From positions 47,978 through 111,977 of the forward strand of contig CAZNZT010000001.1 in NCBI GenBank assembly GCA_964577685.1: DNA of 64,000 bases. The letters run 5' to 3'. Origin of the DNA: an uncultured Methanosarcinales archaeon. Lineage in GTDB: Archaea > Nanobdellota > Nanobdellia > Woesearchaeales > JACPBV01. Shown piece by piece: positions 10,211 through 20,147 of this stretch. How positions within the stretch are numbered: position 1 is the stretch's first letter; each line of letters opens with the position of its first letter. A program made the translations under genes and the position numbers. The notes below the pieces were generated by a model. The model saw only the letters and a list, made by a program, of their open reading frames with translations, searched no databases and was not told the DNA's origin.

Positions 10211-10897
10211 ATGAATAAAGAACAAGTAATAAAAGCACTAAATGAATTAAAGAAGATTTCTAAGAAAAGGAATTTTATCCAGACCTATGATTTAATAATT
10301 AATATGAAAGGTATAGAATTAAATAAGACTCCTGTTGATTTATTTGTAACACTACATCATACAAAGGGGAAGAAAATAAAGGTCTGTGCCTTAGTTGGAC
10401 CAGAATTATTGGAGGAGGCAAAGAAGGTCTGTGATTTGGTTATTTCTGTTGATGATTTCCCAAAATACCAGAATAAGAAGGAAGCAAAAAAACTAGCCTC
10501 TTCATATGATTATTTTATTGCTCAAGCAACAATTATGCCAAAGGTAGCTACTAGTTTTGGGCGAGTATTTGGACCAAGAGGGAAGATGCCAAATCCAAAG
10601 GTAGGTTGTGTTGTTCCACCGAATGTAAATCTAAAGGGGCTATATGAAAAGCTACAAAAAACTGTGAGGTTACAAGCAAAGAATAGTCCAGTAGTACAGG
10701 TAGGTATTGGAAACGAATCAATGAAGGATGAGGAGGTTGTTGATAATATTTTAACAGCCTATGATAGTCTTATACATCATTTACCAAATGGAGAAAACAA
10801 CATCAAGAGTGTTTTTTTAAAGCTCACTATGAGCAAACCAGTGATGATAGGCGAAGAAACAAGAAAGAAAGGAAAAGATAAGGCTAATAAAGTTTAA
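10211..10897 (+). CDS. rpl1: 50S ribosomal protein L1
   Basis: 228 aa, 'MNKEQVIKALNELKKISKKRNF...DLFVTL'. A GGAGGG Shine-Dalgarno-like sequence sits 6 nt upstream inside a small hairpin (ctactctgagagtag). Confidence 0.8.
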   Translation: MNKEQVIKALNELKKISKKRNFIQTYDLIINMKGIELNKTPVDLFVTLHHTKGKKIKVCALVGPELLEEAKKVCDLVISVDDFPKYQNKKEAKKLASSYDYFIAQATIMPKVATSFGRVFGPRGKMPNPKVGCVVPPNVNLKGLYEKLQKTVRLQAKNSPVVQVGIGNESMKDEEVVDNILTAYDSLIHHLPNGENNIKSVFLKLTMSKPVMIGEETRKKGKDKANKV

Positions 10898-10898
10898 A

Positions 10899-12104
10899 AT
10901 GGAAAAAAAGGAAACAAGGGCATCTGAAAAAAAGAAAAGGATAGTTGCAGAATTAGAGAAGTTATTAGTTGAATATCCTGTTATAGCAGCAATAAATATG
11001 GAAAATATGCCAGCACCACAACTCCAACAAATGAGAGCCAAATTGGTTGATAGAATATATCTAAAGATGGCAAAAAAGAGATTGATAAGAATTGCTTTGA
11101 ACAATGTTAAAAATAAAAAGAAAAATATTGAGAAACTTGCTGAATACCTGCGGGGAATGCCTGCCCTTATATTCACAAAAGAAAATCCGTTTTCATTATT
11201 TAAACTACTAAAGAAAAATAAAACTAATGCTCCAGCAAAGCCAAACCAATTAGCGCCTACAGACATTAAAGTCCAGAAGGGTCCAACAGGGTTTGCGCCA
11301 GGACCAATTATAGGAGAATTGGCCCAGATTGGTATAAAGGCTGGTGTTGAAAATGGGAAAGTGGTTATTAAAGAAGACAGCATAGTAGTTAAGGAAGGTG
11401 AAAAGATATCTGCAAAATTAGCTGAGATATTGACTAGGCTAGGGATTGAGCCAATGGAGATAGGATTAAATATTAATGCTATTTACGAAAATGAGACAAT
11501 ATACACCAAAGATATATTAGATATAGATGAAGATAAATTCAGGAAAGACTTAGAAGATGCTGCTAGGTTTGCTTATTATCTTGCTATTGACATAGCATAT
11601 CCAACAAAAGGAACCATAGAAAGACTAATAATTGACGCATTTAATAACGCCAAGCTATTAGGAATAAGCCAAAAGATAATAGATGATGAAGTAATAAACG
11701 AATTATTATGTGAAGCTGAAAAATCAGCATTAAGTATAAAGGATACAGCAAAGATAGAAATTCCTGAAAAGCACAAGAGGGACGAGGAAAAACCTGAAAA
11801 AAAAGAAGTGGCAAAGGAACCTGAAAAAAGAAATGAAAAATCAGATACAGAAAAAAAGATTGAAAAGATGGTAGAAGAAACAAAAAAATTTGTTAAAGGT
11901 GAGGTACCCTCCGCAGATAAGCTTATTGAAGAGGCAAGCAAACTATCAGCAAAAGAGATTCCAAAAGAAGATAAAAAGAAAAAAGAAGACGTACCTTCTG
12001 CTCATCAGTTAAAGGAAAAAATAGAAAAAAAGAAAAAGGAACAAAAGGAAATTGAAAAGCTAACACAAGAATTGATTAAAAAAGGAACATTGAGAAAATC
12101 ATAG
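10899..12104 (+). CDS. rplP0: 50S ribosomal stalk protein P0 (L10) with an unusually long Lys/Glu-rich C-terminal extension
   Basis: 401 aa. Starts 1 nt after the L1 stop. Core 'IAAINMENMPAPQLQQMRAKL...' is followed by a 120-aa K/E-rich tail. Confidence 0.75.
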   Translation: MEKKETRASEKKKRIVAELEKLLVEYPVIAAINMENMPAPQLQQMRAKLVDRIYLKMAKKRLIRIALNNVKNKKKNIEKLAEYLRGMPALIFTKENPFSLFKLLKKNKTNAPAKPNQLAPTDIKVQKGPTGFAPGPIIGELAQIGIKAGVENGKVVIKEDSIVVKEGEKISAKLAEILTRLGIEPMEIGLNINAIYENETIYTKDILDIDEDKFRKDLEDAARFAYYLAIDIAYPTKGTIERLIIDAFNNAKLLGISQKIIDDEVINELLCEAEKSALSIKDTAKIEIPEKHKRDEEKPEKKEVAKEPEKRNEKSDTEKKIEKMVEETKKFVKGEVPSADKLIEEASKLSAKEIPKEDKKKKEDVPSAHQLKEKIEKKKKEQKEIEKLTQELIKKGTLRKS

Positions 12105-12152
12105 TCCAAAAAAGAGAAATATTTATAATAATAAAAATAGGAGGTAGAAAAA

Positions 12153-12467
12153 ATGGAATATATCTATGCGGCTATGTTACTGCATAAGGCTGGTAAAAAA
12201 ATAAATGAGGAAAGTATAAAGAAGGTTTTAGAAGCAGCAGAGGTTAAGGTAGATGATGCTAGGGTTAAGGCTTTGGTGGCTAGTCTAGAAGGTGTAAATA
12301 TTGATGAAGCAATAGAAAAAGCATCTGCTATGCAGGTAACCGCAGTACAGCCAGCAGCAGAACAGGCAACAGAGAAGAAAGAAGAGAAAGCAAAGGAAGA
12401 GAAGAAAGAGGAAGAGAAGAAAAGTGAAGAGCAAGCAGCAGCCGGACTCGGTGCCTTGTTTGGCTAG
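12153..12467 (+). CDS. rpl12: 50S ribosomal stalk protein P1 (L12)
   Basis: 104 aa, '[31 protein letters not shown]'. An acidic hinge precedes the conserved C-terminal 'GLGALFG'. Confidence 0.85.
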   Translation: MEYIYAAMLLHKAGKKINEESIKKVLEAAEVKVDDARVKALVASLEGVNIDEAIEKASAMQVTAVQPAAEQATEKKEEKAKEEKKEEEKKSEEQAAAGLGALFG

Positions 12468-12531
12468 ATTTAATTTTTAATATTCCAACTAATAATAAGA
12501 ATGAAAATAAAAACAGTGAACGTGACACACT

Positions 12532-13434
12532 ATGCAAGAGGAAAAACCGGGAGAGCTATTTAAAAAGCTAAATGAGCTAAAGAAGGAGGTAACACATTTA
12601 AGAAAAGAGCTCAATCAAATAGATGCTCAAAAGGAATCTTGGTTCAAAAAGAAAGAAAACTATAGTAACCAGATAAAAGAACTAATAAAGAAGATAAAAG
12701 AAAATAAAGAAAAGAGGGATTCTCTTACCTCTAAGGTAAAAGAGGATAAAAAGGTAAGGGATGAACTAAATAATAAGGTAAAGGAAATTATTCTGGAACT
12801 AAAAGAGCTTGAGAAAAAGAAGATAGAAATTTCTAAAAAGCATAAAATAAAAGAAGATCCATCAAAGATTAAAGAGAGGATAGAAGAGTTGGAATTCAGA
12901 ATAGAAACAGAAGGGCTTTCTTTTGAAAAAGAAAAAAAATTAATGCAGAAAATAAAGGAGTTAAAAGAAAAATACAATAAATCAAGGTTGATTAGTGATG
13001 TTTGGGAAAAGATAAACCAAGAATCAGAAAAGATAAGAGAAACAAAAAAGAAGGCAGAAGAGATTCATAAGAGAATACAAAACAGGGCAAATGAAAGCCA
13101 GAAATATCATGAAGAAATCATAAAGCTTTCAAAAGAAATTGATGAGCTAAAGAAAAAAGAAGAAGAAGCTTTTAGCAGATTTATTGAATTTAAGAAAAAA
13201 TTTAATGAGATTAATAGTAAGCTAAAAGAGAGATTAGTAGAATTAAACAGAGTAAAGCAGGATGTAGATAAGATAAAAGAAAAATCAAAAAGAGAGAGAG
13301 AACTAAAGGACATTGAATTAATAAAAACCAAGGCACTGGATATTAAGGACAAAATAAAGAAAGGAAAAAAACTAACAACAGAGGACTTATTAATATTTCA
13401 GAAGATGGAAAAAAGCAACATTAATGAGAAATGA
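12532..13434 (+). CDS. Lys/Glu-rich coiled-coil protein, unknown function
   Basis: 300 aa with heptad-like K/E/L periodicity throughout. The long ORF in an AT-rich genome argues it is real. Confidence 0.4.
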   Translation: MQEEKPGELFKKLNELKKEVTHLRKELNQIDAQKESWFKKKENYSNQIKELIKKIKENKEKRDSLTSKVKEDKKVRDELNNKVKEIILELKELEKKKIEISKKHKIKEDPSKIKERIEELEFRIETEGLSFEKEKKLMQKIKELKEKYNKSRLISDVWEKINQESEKIRETKKKAEEIHKRIQNRANESQKYHEEIIKLSKEIDELKKKEEEAFSRFIEFKKKFNEINSKLKERLVELNRVKQDVDKIKEKSKRERELKDIELIKTKALDIKDKIKKGKKLTTEDLLIFQKMEKSNINEK

Positions 13435-13603
13435 ATTCTGTATAGTGACAGTTCCCACAGGTATATCTATCTTTATGCTTTGCCATAAAAACGCCTGGGC
13501 CACATTTAGGGCAAAACTTGTTTTTTCTAGTTAAGCCTTTACTTAAGTCGTATAATTTCCATCTCTTATTGCTTTCCTTTGATTTCTTTTGTTTTTTTGC
13601 CAT
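13421..13603 (-). CDS. rps27ae: 30S ribosomal protein S27ae (zinc ribbon)
   Basis: 60 aa, '[27 protein letters not shown]'. Confidence 0.8.
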   Translation of the reverse strand: MAKKQKKSKESNKRWKLYDLSKGLTRKNKFCPKCGPGVFMAKHKDRYTCGNCHYTEFISH

Positions 13604-13620
13604 TTTAGTTTATAAGAAAT

Positions 13621-13947
13621 TTATTTGGTTTCCTTGTTCTTTTCTTCTGTTTTTTCTTGGCTTTTTTCCGCTTCTTTTGTTTCCTTTGTCTTTCTTTTAG
13701 GCTCCAGCTCGTTTAGAATTTCAATATTTTCATATATGTAGGCTATAACGCTTGCCTTTGGTTCTCCAAATCTAGTATGAATACTCTTAACTATTACTAA
13801 TTCCTCATTGACTTTCTCTGTCTCAGCTATCTTTTTCTTTACCTCTTCTTTTTTTGGTGTTGATTCTCCAAAAAATGATAGCTCTGCTTCTATTTCCTTT
13901 CTAAGCAGTGCTCTATTCTCTTTCTTCTCCAGTATTTTTAGCTCCAT
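13621..13947 (-). CDS. rps24e: 30S ribosomal protein S24e with a K/E-rich C-terminal tail
   Basis: 108 aa, 'MELKILEKKENRALLRKEIEAEL...ELVIVKSIHTRFG'. Confidence 0.75.
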   Translation of the reverse strand: MELKILEKKENRALLRKEIEAELSFFGESTPKKEEVKKKIAETEKVNEELVIVKSIHTRFGEPKASVIAYIYENIEILNELEPKRKTKETKEAEKSQEKTEEKNKETK

Positions 13948-13965
13948 GTTTAAGTCACCAAAGTT

Positions 13966-14151
13966 TTATTTTACTTTTATGGCGTATTCTCCTTTTGCTT
14001 TAATTTGGAGTTTTTTTGCAATTATTGATTTGTTTGGATCAAGGATCGCTAGCCTACCTTGCCAGTTTGTACTAAACTGATTTCCTTTGCATATAGGACA
14101 TTCATTCCCTTCAACAAATAACTTACACTTCTTACATACCTTTTTTTTCAT
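13966..14151 (-). CDS. spt4: Transcription elongation factor Spt4 (RpoE'')
   Basis: 61 aa zinc ribbon 'CKKCKLFVEGNECPICKG'. Position between rpoE' and S24e is the conserved archaeal order. Confidence 0.75.
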   Translation of the reverse strand: MKKKVCKKCKLFVEGNECPICKGNQFSTNWQGRLAILDPNKSIIAKKLQIKAKGEYAIKVK

Positions 14152-14738
14152 TTTTTAGTACCTTTATTTTCTTTTTCTGTTTTAGTTTCTTTTTTCTCTT
14201 TAGCTTTTTGCTCTTCTTCTATCCAGTCCAATCTGCCTAAATAAGGTTGTCTCATTGTCAAGCCTAGCTTAGGATTGTTTATATCTTTAAAAGAAACAGC
14301 GATTATCCTAGCCCTACACTTATCTCCAACCTTTAATGTTTTCTTTGTTTCTTTCCCAGCAAGTGTTTTATCCTTAGAAAAGCTTACAAAATCATCCATT
14401 GTTTGTGATATATGAATCATTCCCTCTATAGGTCCAAGATTAATAAATGCTCCAAAATCTGCAATATCACTTATCCTACCGAGAATAACTTCCTGTAACT
14501 CTGGTTTGAATGTTAAAAGTTCAAAAGAAGTATCATAATAAGCAGCACCATCCCCTGGCAGAATGACCCCTTCTCCTATTTTTTTTACATCAGTTACATC
14601 TATAACTATGCCTAGGTCTTTTGAAATAAAGCCTTCATATTTCTTCTTGATTCTTTTGATAATTGCCTCATTTAAGGGTAGATCAAAAAAGTTAGGTGGT
14701 ACCCTTATGTGGTCTCTTACTTCTGTCTTGTAAAACAT
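14148..14738 (-). CDS. rpoE: DNA-directed RNA polymerase subunit E' (Rpb7 homolog, S1 domain)
   Basis: 196 aa, 'MFYKTEVRDHIRVPPNFF...' with an S1-like segment 'KVGDKCRARIIAVSFKD'. Confidence 0.8.
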   Translation of the reverse strand: MFYKTEVRDHIRVPPNFFDLPLNEAIIKRIKKKYEGFISKDLGIVIDVTDVKKIGEGVILPGDGAAYYDTSFELLTFKPELQEVILGRISDIADFGAFINLGPIEGMIHISQTMDDFVSFSKDKTLAGKETKKTLKVGDKCRARIIAVSFKDINNPKLGLTMRQPYLGRLDWIEEEQKAKEKKETKTEKENKGTKK

Positions 14739-14781
14739 TTTATTCTTTATAATGGATTTCTAATTTGTTTTTTAAAGCTTT

Positions 14782-15177
14782 CTATTTCTCCTCTAAGATG
14801 AGGTATCTCTTCTGCCTCATTGTTATGGTAAGGATGCCCTTGCCCTTAAGTCTTTTTTTTAGTTCTTTATCAAGGGTTGCAACGATGGTATCCTTGTCTG
14901 CAATATCATATAGCAAATTGTCCACACCGTCCTCCTTTGTCTTAAGCAGAGGTATTTTCTTCTTTCTGATTAATAAAAAAGCCAGCTTTGCAGCTTGTTT
15001 ATTTTTTCCTTTCTCTTTTTTTATTAGGTTTTCTAATTCATTTATGGTCTTATCCAAAATAAACAGTGAATATGGAAAATGACAGATTCTATCAATCTCA
15101 GAGAAAATATCAAGATTAAACTGCCCACACGCCATCAAAAAGTTTGTATCAAGGATTATTCTTTTTTGTTTAACCAT
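14782..15177 (-). CDS. PIN-domain protein
   Basis: 131 aa, 'RIILDTNFLMACGQFNLDIFSEIDRI' (PIN acidic residues). Confidence 0.55.
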   Translation of the reverse strand: MVKQKRIILDTNFLMACGQFNLDIFSEIDRICHFPYSLFILDKTINELENLIKKEKGKNKQAAKLAFLLIRKKKIPLLKTKEDGVDNLLYDIADKDTIVATLDKELKKRLKGKGILTITMRQKRYLILEEK

Positions 15178-15202
15178 TTTTTATATCTAAATATAAAGAA
15201 AC

Positions 15203-15982
15203 TTATTTTAGTTTTTCTAATATCTTTTTCATCTTATAAGCATCCCCAATAGGATCCGGGCTTTCATTTATTATTGTTATATCAAGGTTTTTATTGATAA
15301 TCTCCTTTAGTAAATCCCTCATCTCTTTTTCTGGAGTTAGAACATGCCTTTTTTCTCCTTTTTCAGTCCATTCAATCCCAGAAAAGTGAGAGTGAATATG
15401 CCTAAAGTGTTTTACCTCGTCTAACATTTCACCATAGCTTAGCTTGCCTTGACTTCTTGCTTTTAGATGTGCAAAATCTATTGTCAAAGAACATTTTGTT
15501 TCTTTAGTTAAATCAAGTAATTCATGCAAATCACCAAAGGCAGAATGTTTTCCTGTTGTTTCTATGGCTAGTTTGACATCCCATTTTTTATCTTTGATTG
15601 TCTTCATTAAGTCTTGTATCTCATTTTTAATGATATTATATGTCTCTTCTTTTGTTCTTTTTTGATAAAAGCCAGGATGAAAAACAACATATTTTGCATT
15701 TAATTTACTTGCTCTTTCACAACTCTGAAGGATTCTTCTCCTAGATGCAATCAATTTTTGTTTTTCATTAGAAGCAAGATTAATATAGTATGGGGCATGA
15801 CAGCTCAAGCTTATGTTTAGTTTTTCTGCTATTTTTCCTACTTTTTCCGCTGTTTTATTGGTCATATTAATTCCATATGTAAACTCTATTTCCAAGGCTG
15901 TTAAGCCAAGTTCCTTAATCTTACTGAGGCCTTCTTCATAACCTAATCCTGCAGTCCCTCCAGGCCCTATTTTTATATTCAT
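15203..15982 (-). CDS. nfo: Endonuclease IV (AP endonuclease, TIM-barrel)
   Basis: 259 aa, 'LSCHAPYYINLAS', 'YVVFHPGFY', 'IETTG', 'TIDFAHL' (Endo IV metal-binding blocks). Confidence 0.75.
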   Translation of the reverse strand: MNIKIGPGGTAGLGYEEGLSKIKELGLTALEIEFTYGINMTNKTAEKVGKIAEKLNISLSCHAPYYINLASNEKQKLIASRRRILQSCERASKLNAKYVVFHPGFYQKRTKEETYNIIKNEIQDLMKTIKDKKWDVKLAIETTGKHSAFGDLHELLDLTKETKCSLTIDFAHLKARSQGKLSYGEMLDEVKHFRHIHSHFSGIEWTEKGEKRHVLTPEKEMRDLLKEIINKNLDITIINESPDPIGDAYKMKKILEKLK

Positions 15983-17163
15983 TTTACATCAAAACCCACA
16001 AAATATTTAGAAAATTTCAATGCAAATGTAGATAAGATTATAGAATAGAGCATAAAAAGAAGAGTAAGGTTCAAAATTGTTTGTAGACCAAATAAATTTA
16101 TTGTTGTTAAGCTGAAAGCTACTACTGCCACAGCAATTCCTTTCTGAGCATTTAGAGTAATAAATATCTTCTCTCTAAGAGACAAATCTAAACTTTTTAG
16201 TGACCATGTTACAGAAATATAACGAACTATGAGATAAGTCATAAAAAGGAGTAAAGATTTTAGTATGAAATAATAATTCAACGGGAACTTTATTATTATC
16301 CCTATAAGAACAAATACAAGTATCTCAAGAGAATTAACAAAGAAGGATGAAATTTCTTTCAGTTGCAGTTTATGAGTAAAGTAGACATTCCCAAAGAAAA
16401 GTCCAAGTGTTGTAACAGCTAAGACACCATTGCCTCCAAGATTTTCTGCTAGTATGTATGCCATAATAACAGATGTGATTATAGCCAGAGGAGAAAGAGT
16501 TTCTGAGTACTTTTTTTTCATTATCTTAAATATAATCAAGGCTATAAGAATACCTGAACCTATCCCTGTGACAAACTGCTGCAAGAAAGGACCTATTTGT
16601 TCAATAAAGCCAGATAATATATAATTGAGATTAACTCTTCTTATAAAATCAAGTATTATAAAGGGCAACAATACAACTAAGGGTGTATTTATGATAGACT
16701 CAATCTCAAGTAGCTGTGATATTTTTGGCTTAGTGGACTTTAACATAAACATTACTGCATCTGGTGATGTGCCACTCATTAGGGTAGCAAAAATCAAAGC
16801 TACAGAAACAGGGATAATCTGGAAAAGTTTTATTGTAAATATGGTTAAGAACACTATATTCAGGAACAAGAATATTAAAGAAAGTTTTATAGCGTAGGTA
16901 GATAGTGCGTCAAATTGACTTAGCTTAAATCTAGAACTAGCATCAAAGACAATCAAAGCTAAAGCAAGAATTGCTATTGTGGTGAGAAATATTTGTGGGA
17001 ACCATATTAGAGGTTGACTTTTATAGCTTATATTCCCGATGATTATTCCCGCAAAAAGCAAAAATAAGATGTTTGGGATTTTGAATTTTCTGCTTATTAA
17101 TGTGGAAACTATACCAATCAATAATATGACAGATAGGTAGGTTAAGAATGTTATTGGTCCCAT
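15979..17163 (-). CDS. Cation/proton antiporter (CPA/NhaP-type) integral membrane protein
   Basis: 394 aa with 10-12 predicted TM helices. 'ENLGGNGVLAVTTLGLFFGN' resembles Na+/H+ exchanger family proteins. Confidence 0.55.
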   Translation of the reverse strand: MGPITFLTYLSVILLIGIVSTLISRKFKIPNILFLLFAGIIIGNISYKSQPLIWFPQIFLTTIAILALALIVFDASSRFKLSQFDALSTYAIKLSLIFLFLNIVFLTIFTIKLFQIIPVSVALIFATLMSGTSPDAVMFMLKSTKPKISQLLEIESIINTPLVVLLPFIILDFIRRVNLNYILSGFIEQIGPFLQQFVTGIGSGILIALIIFKIMKKKYSETLSPLAIITSVIMAYILAENLGGNGVLAVTTLGLFFGNVYFTHKLQLKEISSFFVNSLEILVFVLIGIIIKFPLNYYFILKSLLLFMTYLIVRYISVTWSLKSLDLSLREKIFITLNAQKGIAVAVVAFSLTTINLFGLQTILNLTLLFMLYSIILSTFALKFSKYFVGFDVK

Positions 17164-17298
17164 AGCCGCACCTCTTTTTGAATATCTATAAGAGGATATG
17201 TTTAAATAGTTTATGGTTAACTTTGCTTGGAAATAAAAACCGCAAAGAATTTAAATAAGTAGTGCTTGCTTTTTTATATAATTGAGGGGGTGTCTCTT

Positions 17299-18036
17299 AT
17301 GAGATTAACACTAGCAGAACCGAGTTATATCAAGGAAAGTATAAGCATAATATCAGATCTTGTTAGCGAAGGAAGATTTAAAATAAATAAAAATGCTTTG
17401 GAACTTGTGGCTATGGATCCTGCCAATGTTGCCATGGTAATTTTTAAGCTTCTAAGTTCTACATTCACAGAGTATGATGTAAAAGAGGAAACAGAGATAG
17501 GTATAAATCTCGGTGACCTAAAAAAAATATTGAAAAGAGCTAGTCCAAATGATATGCTAACCCTAGAACTAGATGGGAGTAAACTAAAAATCCAGTTAAA
17601 GGGAAATACCACAAGGACATTCCATATATCTCTGATAGATATTGAAGAAAAAGAACAAAAGATACCTGAATTAGAATTTCCCATTAAAATAAAGATACCA
17701 TCAAACATCTTATCAAATGCCATAGAAGATGCTGATATTGTTGCTGAATCTGTTACATTTGAGGTAGAACCAAAAAAGTTTACAATAAGCGCAAGTGGAG
17801 ATTTATCAAATGCAAATATTGAGATTAAAGAAGGAGAGGGGATAGAAATAGAGACTAAAGAGAAATTAAGGGCAAAGTATAGTATAGAATATCTAAAAAA
17901 GATGATAGGTGCATCTAAACTAAGTGACGAGGTTATTATTAGATTTAATAAGGATTACCCGCTAAAGCTAGATTTTAAGATTATAGACAAGCTAATATTA
18001 AGCTTTATTTTGGCTCCTAGGGTTGAGAATGAGTAA
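17299..18036 (+). CDS. pcn: DNA polymerase sliding clamp PCNA. The likely start is the Met at 17299; the ORF track begins at 17266.
   Basis: 'MRLTLAEPSYIKESISIISDLVSEGRFKINKNALELVAMDPANVAMVIF' is a typical archaeal PCNA N-terminus, about 245 aa. Confidence 0.8.
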   Translation: MRLTLAEPSYIKESISIISDLVSEGRFKINKNALELVAMDPANVAMVIFKLLSSTFTEYDVKEETEIGINLGDLKKILKRASPNDMLTLELDGSKLKIQLKGNTTRTFHISLIDIEEKEQKIPELEFPIKIKIPSNILSNAIEDADIVAESVTFEVEPKKFTISASGDLSNANIEIKEGEGIEIETKEKLRAKYSIEYLKKMIGASKLSDEVIIRFNKDYPLKLDFKIIDKLILSFILAPRVENE

Positions 18037-18037
18037 A

Positions 18038-19822
18038 CTACCATAAGAATATTTTTTTTATCCAACTAAGTATTTTACTAAAAAGATTCTTCTCTTCTTT
18101 TTTAGTTTTTGATGGTTTATCTGTTTCATTTGTTTTTTTGGTTTTATTTGTTGTCTTATTAGTAGATAATTGATTAACTTCCTCAATCATCTCTTCGAGG
18201 GGTTTTTTCCCCAATACATTTATCTTCTCTGTCTTCTTGAGAATAATAAGTTGGCCATTTAATCTAACATTAACATTCGTTGTAAATTCTAATTCTGCTT
18301 CACCATAATCTTTTGGTATTGTTACGGAGTAAGAATATGCTTCTTTTTCTTCCAATGGTTCAAGTCTTTCTATAAAAGCAGTTATATTCCCCTTCAAAGT
18401 GGCACGTATCGTTTTTGGAAAAATATCAACAACATCAATCCCTTCTAGCACCGTATTTTTTCTATTTTTTAAACTTACCTTGACTTCAATTTTTTCTCCT
18501 TCATAGACATTTTTCTTGGTGGTTTCCCTTATTATCTCTATTACTTTGTTCACAGCTTCGACTTTTATTCTCTGTGATTTTTTAAATGTATAGAGCTTCC
18601 CCGAAGATGAAGTATAAGAACCAGTAATAATTATATTAAAGAACTTATCTTCTTCAGTATAAGGTGCTGTTAGGGTCTTTTTGTAGATGTCTATTGTTTG
18701 ACCTGCTGCAATATTCTTTGTTTCTGTTATGTTGTTGAAAAGATCGCTAATAACGCTAATCTTAACATTGTTTATTTTTTTCTCAGCCCAATTTTTGATG
18801 CCTATATATAAATCATAAGCTGAATTCGATTTTACAATTGGGGTTACATTAAGTATCGGAACTACACTTGAAAGACCAACTGTAAATTGTTTCTCTAGGT
18901 TCTCTTCATACTTTCTTCTTGAGATTTCTAATACAGCAGATGTCTTTATTTTGAACCTACCAACGCGGCTTGGTTTGAGCTTTATAGTGAAATTTTTAGT
19001 TTCTTGCTCTTCCAGTTCACCTTCAAATATCAGTCTATTATCTTCTCTCTTAAAGCCAACTGGTATATTAAGGATAGATATAGACTCTGGTATCGATATC
19101 TCCAGATTTTCTATTTCCAATTTGTTTGAGCTATGCCTATTCCCTATTTTTAGAGTATAGTTTATTATGTCACCCCTGTCTGCTGCTTCTGTAGATATAG
19201 TGTCATTAAGGTAAAATGGTTTTTGTACACTTATTGTTACAATATCTGATTCAGTGGTTATATCATCTCCATTATATTTATAAGAAACCTCTGCTTGGGA
19301 ATCAAACGAAATAAGTTCTTTTGCTCTTATAGTGTAGGTAAAGGATTTCTCCTGTCCTGCACTAAGACTTCCCTCCCAGCTTCCTGCACCGCCATAAACC
19401 AATAAGCCCTCTGGATAAACATCAAGATACTTTATATTGTAGGCTTTTGCTTCTCCATTGTTTTTTATCGTAACACTTACTGTAATTAAATCATCTATAC
19501 TAGGTTTTACTGTAGAAAAAGACCTTGTAATTTCTATCTCTGGTTCTAATTCTGTAACCTTAATTTTTATCTCATTCCCATCTATATCTTCAAAGCAGTA
19601 TTTTATCTTTTCTTTTTTTTCACACTCCCCAATCTCCATTAGTCTTCCCAAACCATTAACCTTAAGAAGTAGTTTACCACTAGATTCAAAGTATTCAGCA
19701 TAGAAATAATCATCCCCTACCTTGAATGTCTCTCTATTAGTAACCCAATCATCAAATATAACTGCAGCTGACGAAAATGGGATAAGTAAAAGCAGAATAG
19801 GAAATATTGCCAAAAATCTCAT
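18038..19822 (-). CDS. Secreted repeat-containing cell-surface protein (DUF11/CARDB-like beta-sandwich repeats)
   Basis: 594 aa. Signal 'MRFLAIFPILLLLIPFSSAA'. Repeated 'V..V.NNGEA' units. C-terminal K/T-rich tail 'KTTNKTKKTNETDKPSKTKKEEK' followed by the amphipathic 'LFSKILSWIKKIFLW'. Confidence 0.55.
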   Translation of the reverse strand: MRFLAIFPILLLLIPFSSAAVIFDDWVTNRETFKVGDDYFYAEYFESSGKLLLKVNGLGRLMEIGECEKKEKIKYCFEDIDGNEIKIKVTELEPEIEITRSFSTVKPSIDDLITVSVTIKNNGEAKAYNIKYLDVYPEGLLVYGGAGSWEGSLSAGQEKSFTYTIRAKELISFDSQAEVSYKYNGDDITTESDIVTISVQKPFYLNDTISTEAADRGDIINYTLKIGNRHSSNKLEIENLEISIPESISILNIPVGFKREDNRLIFEGELEEQETKNFTIKLKPSRVGRFKIKTSAVLEISRRKYEENLEKQFTVGLSSVVPILNVTPIVKSNSAYDLYIGIKNWAEKKINNVKISVISDLFNNITETKNIAAGQTIDIYKKTLTAPYTEEDKFFNIIITGSYTSSSGKLYTFKKSQRIKVEAVNKVIEIIRETTKKNVYEGEKIEVKVSLKNRKNTVLEGIDVVDIFPKTIRATLKGNITAFIERLEPLEEKEAYSYSVTIPKDYGEAELEFTTNVNVRLNGQLIILKKTEKINVLGKKPLEEMIEEVNQLSTNKTTNKTKKTNETDKPSKTKKEEKNLFSKILSWIKKIFLW

Positions 19823-20147
19823 TTTTGGTTAGTATAATATACTATTGATTTATATTTTTATTGATTTTGTTATGCGAGTTATTTAAACTCGCCGTAAGTT
19901 TGTTGATACCTGCGCAAATAGATAGATTTGGATTTTAAAAAATAAAAGGACAAGCACTACAAACTAAAATCTTTTTTTGGAGTAAATCCAAAATAAAAGA
20001 TAAATTTAAATAGGGGTTTTTTTATTCATTTTTTATTACAGAACAAGACAAAAGGGGCTCACCTATAACAAGGGTCTATGACCACTTAGTTTTGTGGCCT
20101 TGTGTCTTGTGTAAAAATCTGGGCATCCCATTATCTAAACCTTAAAT

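Noticed and set aside
12532-13434. Lys/Glu-rich repetitive region considered as a simple-sequence repeat or low-complexity non-coding DNA.
   Set aside because: It maintains one long open frame with heptad periodicity and a credible start 64 nt after rpl12. It is more consistent with a coiled-coil protein than with a non-coding repeat.
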